Shown here one piece after another: positions 26,903 to 40,337 of a stretch of DNA of 64,000 bases; position 1 is the stretch's first letter, and each line of letters starts with the position of its first letter. A program made the position numbers and the translations under genes. A model generated the notes under the pieces. The model ran no database searches. It was given only the letters and a program-made list of their open reading frames with translations, and was not told the DNA's origin. Origin of the DNA: Octopus sinensis (lineage: Eukaryota). The stretch covers positions 69,688,001 through 69,752,000 of the forward strand of contig NC_043004.1 in NCBI RefSeq assembly GCF_006345805.1, in the 5' to 3' direction.

Positions 26903-27785
26903 GTATGTATGTATGTGTATATATATGTATATATATATATGTATGTATGTGTATATATGTATATATATATGTATGTATGTGTATATATATGTATATATAT
27001 ATGTATGTATGTGTATATATATGTATATATATATGTATGTATGTGTATATATATGTATATATATATATGTATGTATGTGTATATATATGTATATATATAT
27101 ATGTATGTATGTGTATATATATGTATATATATATGTATGTATGTGTATATATATGTATATATATATGTATGTATGTGTGTATATATGTATATATATATAT
27201 GTATGTATGTGTGTATATATGTATATATATATATGTATGTATGTGTGTATATATGTATATATATATATGTATGTATGTGTGTATATATGTATATATATAT
27301 ATGTATGTATGTGTGTATATATATGTATATATATGTATGTATGTGTATATATATGTATACATATATATGTATGTGTATATATATGTATACATATATATGT
27401 ATGTGTATATATATGTATACATATATATGTATGTGTATATATATGTATACATATATATGTATGTGTATATATATGTATACATATATATGTATGTGTATGT
27501 ATGTATATGTGCATATATATGTGTGTATGTATATATATAAATGTATATAAATATATACATATGTATGTATATATTTGTATGTTTATGTCTGTGTTTGTCC
27601 CCCCACCATCACTTGACAACTGATGTTGGTGTGTTTACTTCCCCGTAACTTAGCGATTTGGCAAAGGAAACCAATAGAATAAGTACCAGGCCTTCAAAGT
27701 ATAAGTCCAGGGGTCAGTTTCTTTGACTAAAAGGCAATGCTCCAACATAGCCACAGTCAAAATGACTGAAACAAATAAAAGAATA
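26298..27785. mobile_element. Cluster of SINE family A pieces: + copy (26298-26638), - tail half (26645-26853), microsatellite, + tail half (27590-27785)
   Basis: Three tail modules in alternating orientation. Confidence 0.8.
26855..27590. repeat. About 735-bp compound (TA/TG/ATGT) microsatellite with 30-34-bp higher-order units
   Basis: atatatatgtatgtgtatatatatgtatac is repeated exactly 4 times at 27361-27480. Confidence 0.95.
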
Positions 27786-28173
27786 TAAAGTATATATATT
27801 ATTCGGCTCCAGAAGCATAAATTATGGTTAAAGACGACAAAGATTTTGATTTTTTTTTTAAACTTTTCTTTTCTTCTTTCGCATTTCAGTTTTTACGTCA
27901 ACCTTCTTCACATGTTTTTCCTTTCATTTTTTTTCCACATAGTTTTTAAATACATCTAAATACATCTGGTCTTTAAATACATCTAATGCTGTGGATTGAG
28001 CCGGAGTGATTGCTCGGAGATACAGAGCATGTTGTAGGAGCCTATCAATTTAATGTATCCTAAAGTATGAAATTATTAGTGGTTCTTTTGTAATTGCATA
28101 TATTAAATGGTATTTATGTCTCACTGGATGGAGTACTTTCTTTGTTGATCTTACCTATAGTGGAACTGTAAAC

Positions 28174-28484
28174 TATATCGTCATGTGACCGACCAGGCTA
28201 TCAGATGTTGCTACACGTCGCTGGTCACAATGCGCTTCGCATTGTTTTTTAGCCTTCAAATGATGCCACCCCGCTGGCTAAGCGAGCAGGCCGACAGAAG
28301 AAAGAATGAGAGAAAGTTGCGGCGAAAGAGTACAGCAGGGATCGCCCCCACCCACTGCCAGAGTCTCGTGGGGCTTTAGATGATTTTGCTCATTAAACAC
28401 TCACAACGCCCGGTCTGGGAATCGAAACCGCGATCCTATAATCGCGAGTCCACTGCCCTAACTACTGGGCCATTGCACCTTCAC
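28174..28484 (-). mobile_element. SINE with the alternative head and a gcattgtgaccagcga...catctgatagcctggtc tail
   Basis: The same tail occurs at about 43816-44110 (-) and 53335-53605 (+), there with family C-type heads. Confidence 0.8.
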
Positions 28485-28487
28485 ATA

Positions 28488-28524
<37 letters not shown>

Positions 28525-29366
28525 GTTGGCATTGACCAGCTGGCTTATATGCTATGTTAGTTTTGAACTCCTAAAATGCCATGCTATTATTAGTATAATA
28601 TGGAGATTCTTGGGTGTTTCAAATGAATTATGAATACTTTGGTACAGGGGGGTCTTCATCATGTTGTACGAAAGGAGTTAATCGCTCTTCAATCCCGTTT
28701 TAATTGACTCTTTGACACTTTACAATTCACAGATTGTTCTACCTACTGCAGCTTTATAGCAGTCATGTGATTCGTTAATCAATAAACCATATTTTGAAAC
28801 CCGCTTTTATAGAAACACACACACACACACACACACACTTACCAGCTCATGAAAGAAATCCATTGTTTGGCACTTATTCAACTCAGTACTGTGTTGACAT
28901 TGATAAGACTGGCTCTGTGTGTTTGTGGGTGTAAGTGGGTGGGTGTGAGAGAGGGAGAGTGATGATGATGATGATGTTTAGTGACATGGTACATATTTGG
29001 TAGAGAATCAGAAACAGGTAATAAGGCAATCTTCCGGATAGTAAATGCTTCTATATCTTGTAGAAGCAAGTAATTCTCTTTCATAGTACCAATATTTAAC
29101 TCGATGCCTTACTTTTTTCTGCAACCTAAGGAGCCTCCATAACCTATGGAATCATGCAATGTGGTCCAGTTTTGCATTATTTTGAACCTCGTAAATTTTG
29201 AGTTTCGTAAAGCTGACATAGTCTATATACAGAGTATAGTGGGTGCTTTTAACGTGGAACCAGCACTGTCCTGGAACAGTATACTTACTCTATGCAAATA
29301 CAAATAAATATATATATATACAACTCTATGCATAAAGTTGTATATATATATATATATATATATATA

Positions 29367-30632
29367 CAGAGATTGGACAAAATAATGGAAACACCTTAAA
29401 ACTTCAAACAAATTTATTTTAATATGGGGTAGGACAACCTTTGGCAGTAATTACAGCCTGAATTCTATGAGGTATGGACTCATACAAAGTTTGAATTATT
29501 TCCAAAGGAATTTTTGTCCATTCTTCAGTTAAAACAGTCTCCAGTTCTTGTAGTGATGATGGTGGAGGATATTGACTCCTTACTTGTTTTTCTAAAATGC
29601 ATCATAAATGTTCAATAATATTGAGATCTGGGACTGTGGTGGCCAGATAAGATATTCAGCTTCACTTGAATGTTCCTCATGCCATTCAGTAACAATTTTA
29701 GCTGTGTGAATTGGTGCATTATCATCCTGAAAGACTGCGTTTCCCTCCGGAAACAGTTCCGCAACCATAGGATGATTTTGATCAGATAAAATGCTTAAAT
29801 AGTCTTGATTATTGATTCTGCCATGAAGTGAAACCATTGGGCTGGTGGATTTCCAAGATACACCCACCCCCCGCCCCAGATCATCACAGATCCTCCTCCA
29901 TGTTTAACAGTTGGAAGAAGGCAGTCTGGGTCAAATGCTTCTTTTGGCTGTCCCCACACATATACTCAGCCGGTGGTCAGAAATAAGGTAAAAGATGACT
30001 CGTCCGAGAAAATAACATTCCTCCACTGCTCTAGGGACCAATTCTGTATATTTTTACTCCACTCTAAACGCTTTGCTATGTTTGTTTTTGAAAGAAGTGA
30101 TTTCCTGATAGTAGCCCTCCTGTGAAATCTGGCTTTGTGCAGCTCTCAGTGAACATTTTTTGTGGAATCTGGGTTCTCGAGGTGGTCATTAAGCTCCGCA
30201 GTAATTTTGGAAGCTGTACTTTTGCGATCCTTTCTAACAATATGCGTAAGAGTCCAGCAATCCCTATCTGAAAGTTCTGGTTTTCTTCCAAAGTTTTGTT
30301 TTGACAAGGTTTTTCCCTCTTTCTCAAAGGCTGTGATTACTTTCAAGACAGTACTTCTTAATACACTAAACATTTCAGCTGTTTTCATTACAATAGCACC
30401 AGCCATATGAGCACCAACAATCTGACCTCTTTGAAAGTCTGATAGATCTGTCATTTTAATGAATTCTAATTACCTTTTTCTGATGATATCTGAAAAGAAA
30501 CTGCAATTTTAGCAAAACATATTAAGCAACACTAATAATAAATAAATAAATAAAATAAACAAGCTTTTGATGGTTTTATAGATATTTCAAAATTATGATG
30601 CTAGGTGTTTCCATTATTTTGTCCAACTTATG
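29367..30632 (-). mobile_element. Near full-length degenerate Tc1-like DNA transposon (DD36E spacing)
   Basis: About 30-bp TIRs (cagagattggacaaaataatggaaacacct and aggtgtttccattattttgtccaacttatg) flanked by TA; 1266 bp. Confidence 0.93.
29419..30454 (-). pseudogene. Tc1-like transposase pseudogene with frameshifts and stops
   Basis: Fragments read MTDLSDFQRGQIVGAHMAG..., WRNVIFSDESSF, TVKHGGGSVMIWG, FQDDNAPIH and WPPQS(P)DLNIIE, ending ...AVITAKGCPTPY*. Confidence 0.92.
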
Positions 30633-30636
30633 TATG

Positions 30637-30683
<47 letters not shown>

Positions 30684-31385
30684 TATTTATTTATTTATTT
30701 GTATATGTGTGTATATATACGAAATGTAAATCAACATGGGTGCAGGTGTGGATGTATGGTTAAGAAGCTAGCTTTGCAATCATGTGGTTTTTGGTTCAGT
30801 CCCACTGCACAGAATCATGGGAAAGGGTCTTCTACTATAAATTTAGGCTGACTAATGCCTTGTAAGTGAATTTGGTGGATAAAAATTATGTGTATACATC
30901 CCATCTTCAGCTGCCTAATGGATATCATTATGGTTTCAACACCTGGACACTACCATTCAATCAAATCGCAGTGACAACAGCATTTCAGTGTGTATGTGAT
31001 ATATATATATATATATATATAGATACACACCATAATCATCATCATTTATCATTCGTGCATACACACATATAAATACTAGATTTACCAGTGTAAAAGTCTT
31101 GCATAAAATGCACCCCAACTTTGTGGAAAAAACAAACTTTATGTTTCATTATTCACGCTCAAAACTCATTATTCCATTTATAATACAGTTATGTTAGACC
31201 TCTGCCAGTTTTTTGTTACATTCAAAAACGAAAAAAAAGCATGTCTTACATGTCAGCATATGTGGTACGTTTATATCCAAGTAAACATGAGTATGTGTGC
31301 GTTTCATGTCTTTTGATAACTGACTCCAACATCAAGTTTAAATTTTGTATTATTTTTCATTTATTTTTGTTTCTTTCTGTTTCAG

Positions 31386-31478
31386 AATAGCCAGAGATTA
31401 TTTAAGCAAGCAAACATTTTCAGAATTCTTAGAATCAATGTATTTTAAACGTTATTTACAATGGAAATGGTTAGAGAG
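31386..31478 (+). CDS. GRK5: GRK4/5/6-type kinase exon (end of RH domain): IARDYLSKQTFSEFLESMYFKRYLQWKWLE
   Basis: Polypyrimidine tract plus ttcag acceptor and ag|gtaagt donor; 93 nt. The translation matches the GRK motif YLxxxPFxExLxSMYFxRFLQWKWLE. The symbol denotes the GRK4/5/6 (Gprk2) co-orthologue. Confidence 0.93.
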
Positions 31479-31580
31479 GTAAGTGATTCTTATCTATCTA
31501 TTTGCTAACTTAGTGCTCCAGCATGGCCACTTTAACAAGGCTACATCAAACTAAACAATTAAAAATAATATATACATGTA

Positions 31581-31784
31581 TGAGGCGGGTGCTGAAAAGA
31601 TCCTGGCTTTGGGTAAAAGATGGGAGGATCAGTTGATTATGATTTTATTCAATATATTCCCTTCTCAGATTCACACACATATTGCAGCAATCCTTCAGTT
31701 TTTCTAAGCCCTGTGAAAGCACTTGGAAGGCTGGGCCTCCAACCAGGCCATTTGCAATACCAAGAACTTTTCAGCACCCCCTCG
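31581..31784 (-). mobile_element. Mariner-type MITE, same family as 11069
   Basis: ta|tgaggcgggtgctgaaaag ... cttttcagcaccccctcg|ta, with TA TSD. It lies about 100 bp downstream of the first GRK exon. Confidence 0.85.
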
Positions 31785-32175
31785 TAATATCTGTAAACAC
31801 CCTCTTTTATGCACATCATATTCATTTAACATCCACGTTCCGTACTGGCATGAGTTTGATGGTTTGACAGAACCCAACAAGCCTCAGGGCCACGTTGAGC
31901 TCCAATGTCAGCATTGGCGTGGTTTCTATGGCTCCTATGACCTTCCTATTGCCAACCATTGCACAGCATGAACTACGTGCTTTTTTGTCATATCCTCAAT
32001 GCCAGTGAGGTCTCCGTGCAGCTTGCAAAACTATGAAACCCCAAGAGAGCCTCTTAACTCTTTAGATCAGTCTTTCATAATATTTTTGATTCAGTGGCAC
32101 ATTAAGGATTAAGCAAAAATATATTGGTGCATTTTGTGTGGGATTTTGAAAATTGTTGCACACTTTGTACAGAAA

Positions 32176-32597
32176 GGCGCAGGAGTGGCTGTGTGGTAAG
32201 TAGCTTGTTTACCAACCATATGGTTCCGGGTTCAGTCCCACTGCATGGCATCTTGGGCAAGTGTCTTCTGCTATAGCTTCGGGCCGACCAATGCCTTGTG
32301 AGTGGATTTGGTAGACGGAAACTGAAAGAAGCCTGTCGTATATATGTATATATATATATGTGTGTGTGTGTTTGTTTGTGTGTCTGTGTTTGTCCCCCTA
32401 GCATTGCTTGACAACCGATGCTGGTGTGTTTATGTCCCCGTTACTTAGTGGTTCGGCAAAAGAGACCGATAGAATAAGTACTGGGCTTACAAAAAGAATA
32501 AGTCCCGGGGTCGAGTTGCTCGATTAAAGGCGGTGCTCCAGCATGGCCGCAGTCAAATGACTGAAACAAGTAAAAGAGTAAAAAGAGTAAAGAGTAA
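32176..32597 (+). mobile_element. SINE family A (young)
   Basis: Near-consensus sequence. Confidence 0.9.
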
Positions 32598-32705
32598 AGT
32601 AAAACTATATATTCAAATTTAAAGTAGAAAATAATATTTAGAAAACTATTGCTGTCTATTTGTAATTACTGCTTACTTCGTTTTAGTAGATATATATATA
32701 ATAGT

Positions 32706-33026
32706 AGAGTAAAGACCCCTCCTTCGGTCATGAATGACCATGGGATTGCACCTACAAAGTTGCCCTCCAAGGCACAAGTCTGAACAAGGTTGTTTATGGA
32801 AGACCAGCAGTCACCCATGCTTACCAGCCTCCCCTCTCTACACCACCAATGTTATCCAAGAGAAAGGCTCCAGTGATGTCACAACTCATTTCTGCAGCTG
32901 AGTGAACTGGAGCAACATGAAATAAAGTGTCTTGCTCAAGAACGCAACACAGTTTGATTCAGGAATCAAAATCACTACCTCGTGATAGTAATCCTGACAC
33001 TGTAATCATGGAGCCATGCACCTTCA
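32706..33026 (-). mobile_element. SINE with family C-type head and a ggtcattcatgaccgaagg tail
   Basis: A second copy lies at about 51444-51781 (-). Confidence 0.8.
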
Positions 33027-33946
33027 CTCCTTTGCTTCAAGAGGAGATGTAGAAATGAGTCATTGGTTGGCCTAGGGCTATAATATAAAACAATCACCTA
33101 TGTCTCCTACTATTATAATTAACTTGACATGCCAGTGTCACCTTACTGGCACATGTGCCAGTGACATGTGAAAAACAACATTCAAGCGTGGTTGTTGCCA
33201 ACGTCACTGGACTGGCTCCCATGCAGGTAGCACATAAAAAAACACCTTTTGAGCATGGTCATTGCCAGTACTGCCTGACTGGTCCTCGTGCCGGTGGCAT
33301 GTAAAAGCACCCACTACACTCTCAGAGTGGTTGGCGTTAGGAAGGGCATCCAGCTGTAGAAACTTTGCCAAATAAGATTGAGCCTGGTGCAGCCTCTGGC
33401 TCACCAGTCCTCAGTCAAACCGTCAGCATGGAAAGCGGACATTAAACGATGATGATGATGAATAGTAGAAGACATACATGACAACCAGACCTCATTTCAA
33501 CTCCTCCCCTCGCAGCCAAGGAGGTTTATCTGGCAAGTTGCTTGGTGACCCTGTCAGTGCTGGTACCACATAAAATGTACCCAGTACACTCTGTAAAGTG
33601 GTTGGTGTTTGGAAGGGCATCCAGCCAAAGAAACCAAACTAAAACAGACTATGAAACCTAGTGTGATTTCTTATTTTACTATTTACCAGCTCCTGTTAAA
33701 ACCATCCAACACATGCCAGCATGGAAAACAGACATTAAAGGTTGATGATGATGATGATCAATGTGCTGGTGGCACGTAAAAAGCACCCACTACACTCATG
33801 GAGTGGTTGGCGTTAGGAAGGGCATCCAGCTGTAGAAACACTGCCAGATCAGACTGGAGCTTGGTGCAGCCTCCTGGCTTCCCGGACCCCAGTTGAACCG
33901 GCCAACCCATGCTAGCATGAAAAGCAGACGTTAAACGATGATGATG

Positions 33947-34015
<69 letters not shown>

Positions 34016-34867
34016 CAGGTTTCCACACAGTTTTCATCCACCAATTTCACTCAAGGCATTTTCCTAAATTGTCTTACAGTAGGATTGATCCTAAAACCAT
34101 GTTGTTGTGAAACGAGTTTCTTAACCACACACCCATATGTGTGCCTTACTGAAGATCCCTTCCACCTTTTTATTCAAAAGTGCAGTGCCCATGACCCTTT
34201 ACAGGACCTGAACACCTGGTAGAAGGGAGGGATTTTCCCCCACAAACTAGAGACTTGGACCCAATGACTGCAAGAGAGTGGATATAAGCCAGGTGTTGGT
34301 GTTAAACTAGGCAACAGATTAAGGCCACCACCCATGTAGGTTGGCTTCTGCAGGATTTGAACTCAGAATGAAAGGTACTAGAATCACTACCTCCGTGCAT
34401 TTCATCTGACGCTCTGCTGACTCTGCCCAGTTCCACACTTAAAACAAAGATAAATATATTCCTGTTGACTATTGCATTGAACATTGTTGTTTGTTGGGGT
34501 AGTTTGGTCTGGTGGAGAGAAACATTCCCCTCCAAAAGGATTTTTTGCAAACCCTCCAAGTCCAGTGAGATCTTACATTGTTAGTGTTCCTCACAGGCAG
34601 TCAGATGTTATCGGCTGCAGGACAGGACGGAATTTTGGAGGGATAACATTTTGGAGAAACAAGGATTGGGTGTGGTGGTTAGTGAGCAGAGGGTGGGGGC
34701 AGAACCTGCAGGTGATTGACACAATTGTGGAATTGGCTGGGAAACTTTTACCTATTTTAACATTGTATAGAAAAAGTGGGATTGAATTCCTTTGAGACCT
34801 TATTTCTAATGAGATACACAATGCATGTGTCACTAATATAATTTAGATTATAGAGCTTCTTTCAGTT

Positions 34868-35110
34868 TCTTATTTCTTTTTTCTTTATTGCCCACAAGGG
34901 GCTACACACAGAGGGGACAAACAAGGACAGACAAAGGGACTAAGTCGATTACATTGACCCCAGTGCGTAACTGGTACTTAATTTATCGACCCCGAAAGGA
35001 AGAAAAGCAAAGTTGACCTCGGCGGAATTTGAACTCAGAACGTAACGGCAGATGAAATACCGCTAAGCATTTTGCCCAGCATGCTAAAGCTTCTGCCAGC
35101 TCACCGCCTT
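34868..35110 (-). mobile_element. SINE family B, full length
   Basis: Reverse complement of 17089-17323. Confidence 0.88.
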
Positions 35111-37789
35111 TTCAGTTTGAGCTTCTTTCAGTTTCTGTCTACCAAATCCACTCACAGGGTTACGGTTGGCCTGAGTCTATAGTAGAAGACACTTAACCCA
35201 GGTGCCATGCAGTGGGAGAGAACACGGAACCCTGTGGTTCAGAAGCAGCATTTTCTTTTCAGTCAATGGACATTGAAATCAGTGATTTACTTGTCACAGA
35301 AGTATAAAAGAATGTAAACATGAAAAAGTCTTGTAAAGGATTACAAGTTTTATGTAATAAAAATTGTCTCATCTTAAATATACATACATTTGGTACATTA
35401 GATATACATAAAACTACATATGCAAAATGACAAAGAGAAATAACATTAGTTTGAATGTTTGTTCACTATTCCCATTTCTTAACTCTTTTTAACATATTCC
35501 TACAAAAATAGAAAATCCAGTACAAATCATGTTTGGTAATCAAAGCTAACCCAGTGTTGATATAGAATGTGTTTAGCTAAATAGATCAACACCAGGTTGA
35601 TGGTTGTACTGGATTTTTTAAGGAATATGTTAAGAGAATTATGAAATGAAAATAATGAATGGCAAGTTAAGCTAATGTTATTTATTTTGTTGTCTTCGTT
35701 GTGTTCTCTAAGTCTGTGTAGAGTGTAGTATAAGGTTTTAAATCTAGATGTATTGAATGTATGTATATTTACAGTAATATAAGGTGTGACAATTTTTATT
35801 ACTGCTATGTCTGGGGAGAGTCATTTTCTTTTTGTGCCTTATAATGTAACACACTCACCGGTAAAATTTCCACTTATTTCTTTTATTTTTATTTTCCTAA
35901 AATTTTCGTTGCGTCTTGCAACCTTTTCAATAGTCTTGACTCTGTCCATTATTTACACTGCGTTCCTTTTTGTTTGTTTGTACGCATGTGTGTGGGTCAG
36001 TGTGTGTGTATGTGTGCCTATGCATGCATGCACGTATGTATGCATGTATGTGTATGTATATATGTGTCTATATGCATATGTATGTATGTGTGTACATCTG
36101 TATGTATGTATTCTGCATATTCATGTCTGTGTTTGTGTATTTTCTATGTATGTATGTGTGTGTGTGTGAGCGTGTGTTTGTATATGTATGCACCTCTGTC
36201 TCCTTGTGTGTGCATGTCTGTGTGTGTTGAAGAAAATGACTCTCACCTGACATAACAGAACATGCTTCAACACACGAACTCATATAAAGAATCTTGCAAA
36301 CCAAATCCAAAAACGAAATTTTCATTACACAAGACTTGAAATACTCTACAAAACTTTCAGTCATTAGACTGCAGCTATGTTGAGACACCACCCTGGAGGA
36401 TTTTAGTTATACGAATTGGGCCCCACCACCCAGTACTTATTTTTTAAGTTTGATACTCCATCACTTAGTTACAGGGATGTAAACACACCAACACCAGTTG
36501 TCAAGATGTGGTCAGAGTGCAAACAAAGATATGACACAGACATATATGATGGGCTTCTTTCAGTTTCTGTCTACCAAATCCAATCACGAAACTTTGATTA
36601 GCCCGAGGCTGTAGTAAAAGACACCTGCTAAAGGTGCCATAGAGTAGGACTGAACCTGAAACCATGCGGTCGGAAAGCAAACTTTCTACCGCATAGCCAC
36701 ATCTGTGCCTAAGTTTACATTCTTTTAAAATTCTGTGACAAATGATCACTGATACCATTGTCTGTTTATAAGAAGAATTCGCTCCATCATGAAGAGATGA
36801 CATTTAAGTTAATACAGATGAAATCAAGATAGGCAACAACGTAATCAAGACTGACAATAATAAATTTGAGACTGGTGATGATGAATTTCAGGTTGACATT
36901 TGAGATTGAGGTTGATAATTATGGGGAGATTACGGAGGAAACCCTGTATATAAATAGTTAAATATATCATCATCATCATGGGTCAGATGAGAGTATGTTG
37001 GCTGAGAGTTTTTTAAGGCTGGACATCCTTCCTATTGCTAATCCTCACTTGTTTCCAGATGAATTGAACATTAAAAGTCTCCCAGTCTGTCAACAGCTCC
37101 TGACATACTTATGTGGAGAACAGAGTTGGGATGGTCATCACAGTCAAAGCCAGTTCTTATTTAAGAGCTGCTGCCCAACAAGATGGCTCAAGCAGGAGCA
37201 TACCTCATTCAGATATTTCATTTTGGAGCTAGTTTCTATGCCTGGAAGCCCCTTTTGCCACCAATCACTTTACAAAGGTTGCTATGTCCTCAACAAGACC
37301 AAAGTCCTCTTGACGCCATATTTTCTCTGTTCTTTTTCAACTTTTTGGCAGAGTTTGATCATAGCACTGGCACTAATAGAAAAACATGTGATATGTGTGT
37401 AAAACGGTCTCCAAGTTAAAACACAACTGGTCAGACATTCTTGTGTAGGACCACAAGGAAAGATATCCTTAATTCATCCACTACAAATGATCACAATATC
37501 TAGGGTTCTAAAAATCTGCATGCATACAAGCAAACAAACAAAGAATATTGGTAGAACTCGAAAATTTAAAACAGCCACCAAGTTAAAACACAATTGGCCA
37601 ATTATTGTTGTGTGGAACCACAAGGAAAAGATATGTTCTGTTGTGGATATCAGCCACCCTCAGGACATCAACGCAGTTAGAATAATACAAGAGGAAGAAG
37701 ACGTCGATGGAACAGTGACAGGAGTTTGCAAATCCTTTACCCAAGATATACTTTTGGCTCAATACCTATTGTTCTTTTCTAATCTAGGC

Positions 37790-38200
37790 ACAAGGCCCAA
37801 AATTTTGGGGGAAGGGGCCAGTCGATTACATCAACCCCAGTGAGTAACTGGTACTTAATTTATCGACCCTGAAAGGATGAAAGGCGACGTCAACCTCAGC
37901 AGAATTTGAACTCATAGTGTACAAATCAGACAAAATACCACTAAGAATTTCATCAGGGGTGCTAACATTTCTTATTTCTTTACTGCCCACAAGGGGCTAC
38001 ACACAGAGGGGACAAACAAGGACAGACAAGTGGATTAAGATGATTATATTGACCCCAGTGCATAACTGGTACTTATTTAATCAACTCTGAAAGGATGAAA
38101 GGCAAAGTCAACCTCAGCAGAATTTGAACTCAGAATGTAAAGACAGACAAAATACCATTAAGAATTTCACCCGGGGTGCTAACGTTTCTGCCAGCTCACT
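37790..38200 (-). mobile_element. Two tandem SINE family B copies
   Basis: Core atttatcgaccc.gaaaggatgaaaggc at about 37858 and 38077. Other copies lie at 1-26, about 40686-40902 and about 41900-42045. Confidence 0.8.
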
Positions 38201-38487
38201 GCCTTATTATTATCATTGTAGCAACAGGGTATGTCTCAACCAATTTGGAGCAATGTATGGCTGAACTTGGGTTCATGGATAGAGAACACAAATCCTTAAT
38301 TCATACACTAGAAATGATCTGATCGTGATATATGGGACCACAAAAATTTGCAAGACCTTCTTGAGATTTAAAGGATGATGGTTTAAACAAGATAGTTACC
38401 TTCACAACCTTGCTACAAAGTAAGAGGCCAGTTAAAATTTTTTCTAAATTAAGAGGAGAAAGAACTACATGCATGCATACATGTGTG

Positions 38488-38938
38488 CAGGCTTGGCTGT
38501 GTGATTAAGAGGTTTGCTTCTAAACCTCATGGTTTTGGGTTGAGTTCCACTGTGGTGCAGCACCTTGGGTAAGTGTCTTCTACTATAGCACCAGGCTGAC
38601 CAAAGTCCTGCAAGTGGATTTGGTAGATGGAAACTGAAAGAAGCGCATTTCATTCATATACACACTCACACATACACGTGTGTGTGTACATATATACTCT
38701 TAACTTGACAACATGTGATGGTTGTAAACAAGCATCACCATCTTACAAGCAGTGTTGTTTGTTTCAAACCTTCTGTGGAAGACATGTCTGGCCACAGGAG
38801 AATATTACCTTGCTAGGAAATAGGTGAAGGTTGGTGACAGGAACAGCATCCATCTGTAGAAAATCCACCTCACCAAATTCCTTATGATCCATACCATCAT
38901 GGAAAATTAAACATTAGAACAGCGATGATGATGATGAT
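38488..38938 (+). mobile_element. SINE with family A head but a (GAT)n-type tail
   Basis: Family A head, then caagcagtg...catgtctggcca...catggaaaa...gatgatgat. A second copy lies at about 52630-53035. Confidence 0.72.
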
Positions 38939-38959
38939 GGATTAGTTTATTTCTACGCC

Positions 38960-39460
38960 ATACTGCAGTGATGGCATTACATTTGTACTTGTGTGAGTTG
39001 CCACTTGTACCATTGCAAAGTGATAGAGCAAGCAGTTGCTGTAGTTCATAGTTGCAGCTGTATGTTGCCACTTGCAGCATTGCACTGTGATGCCAGTTGT
39101 TGTGGTTAATGCATTGTTTCAGCTGTGTTGCCACTCGCACCAGTGCATTGTGACGACAGTTCCCATATGTTGCCACTTGCAACAGTACGCTGTGATGGCA
39201 GACAGTTGCGGTATGCTGCCACTTGCAACAGTACGCTGTGATGGCAGACAGTTGCGGTATGCTGCCACTTGCAGCATTGCACTGCGATGGCAGTTGCTGC
39301 GAATAATGCATTGTTTCAGCTTACATTACCACCTGCACCATTGCACTGTAATGGCAGGCGGTTTCTGTATGTTGCCACTTGCAGCATTGCACGGCAATGG
39401 TATCTCTCACATGTTGCCATCTGCACCATTACACCATGATGCCAGTCACCACCATCGCTA
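38960..39460. repeat. Degenerate 46-bp minisatellite (tgccacttgcaacagtacgctgtgatggcagacagttgcggtatgc)
   Basis: Cores at 39171, 39217 and 39263, with more diverged units on both sides. Confidence 0.8.
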
Positions 39461-39989
39461 AGTCTTTGCTGCAACTGAAATAGCTGTTTTGTATTGCAAG
39501 TAGCCTCTAAGACTGCCGCCTACTGCATCCACATAGCACTGAAAGATTTAACTCATTGGCAACGGAATTTAATATTGGAACGGTGATACGTAGCAGCAGT
39601 GGTGTTCGTGGCTGTGGTGGTGGTGGTGGTAGGAATACTGCAGTAGTGTTGGTGGTAGTAGCAATCTATATATTGCAGTCTTTCTTTGCCTGTAGGTGTG
39701 TATTATCTCATTGGAGTCTGTGATATCTCGTTATTAGATGATTGTCTGTGCAGAGACAGCATTGAAGGGGTTAACAGACAAAGACAGCGATTCACAGTCA
39801 GTCGCCGTATATAAAAACTGTATATGAATCAGCTCTGCTAGCAGCTGGAGTCTACGGAATATTGTCTTCACGTATGGCTGACAGAACAGCTATCTCATTA
39901 GTAGTTTCCCCCCACCCCTTTTCTTATTTTCATTTTTTTTTTTTTTTTACTTTTCTCCATCTATTAGGTATCAGTCTCTCTTTCTCCCG

Positions 39990-40064
<75 letters not shown>

Positions 40065-40291
40065 AAGGGTTATAATTTAACCGCTGCCAACTTCAGCTTC
40101 AACATACCAACATGTTAAGTATAACAACACTTGTCACTATACTGATCGTGAAATGGAAGACATCATCGTATTACCATAGGAACTATAAAATATATAAACA
40201 TATTAATAATAGTAATATAATATAATCACAATAATAATAGTAACCTGATATATGTATATGTATTACAAATTCATATATATGCCTGTATATA

Positions 40292-40337
<46 letters not shown>

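Noticed and set aside
26789-27623. Five long overlapping ORFs (223-276 aa) rich in Y/I/H/T/M/C/V
   Set aside because: They are artefacts of TA/TG microsatellite, which cannot encode stops in most frames. The same applies to similar ORFs at 841-1305, 5511-5906, 6403-6780 and 35786-36255.
36808-36903. Short acidic coding-looking stretch VNTDEIKIGNNVIKTDNNKFETGDDEFQVDI
   Set aside because: Only 31 codons between stops, weak splice signals and no recognisable family.
39808-39835. TATATAAAAA plus TCAG as an internal promoter
   Set aside because: The spacing of about 23 nt is short, and such motifs are frequent in AT-rich DNA; there is no other support.
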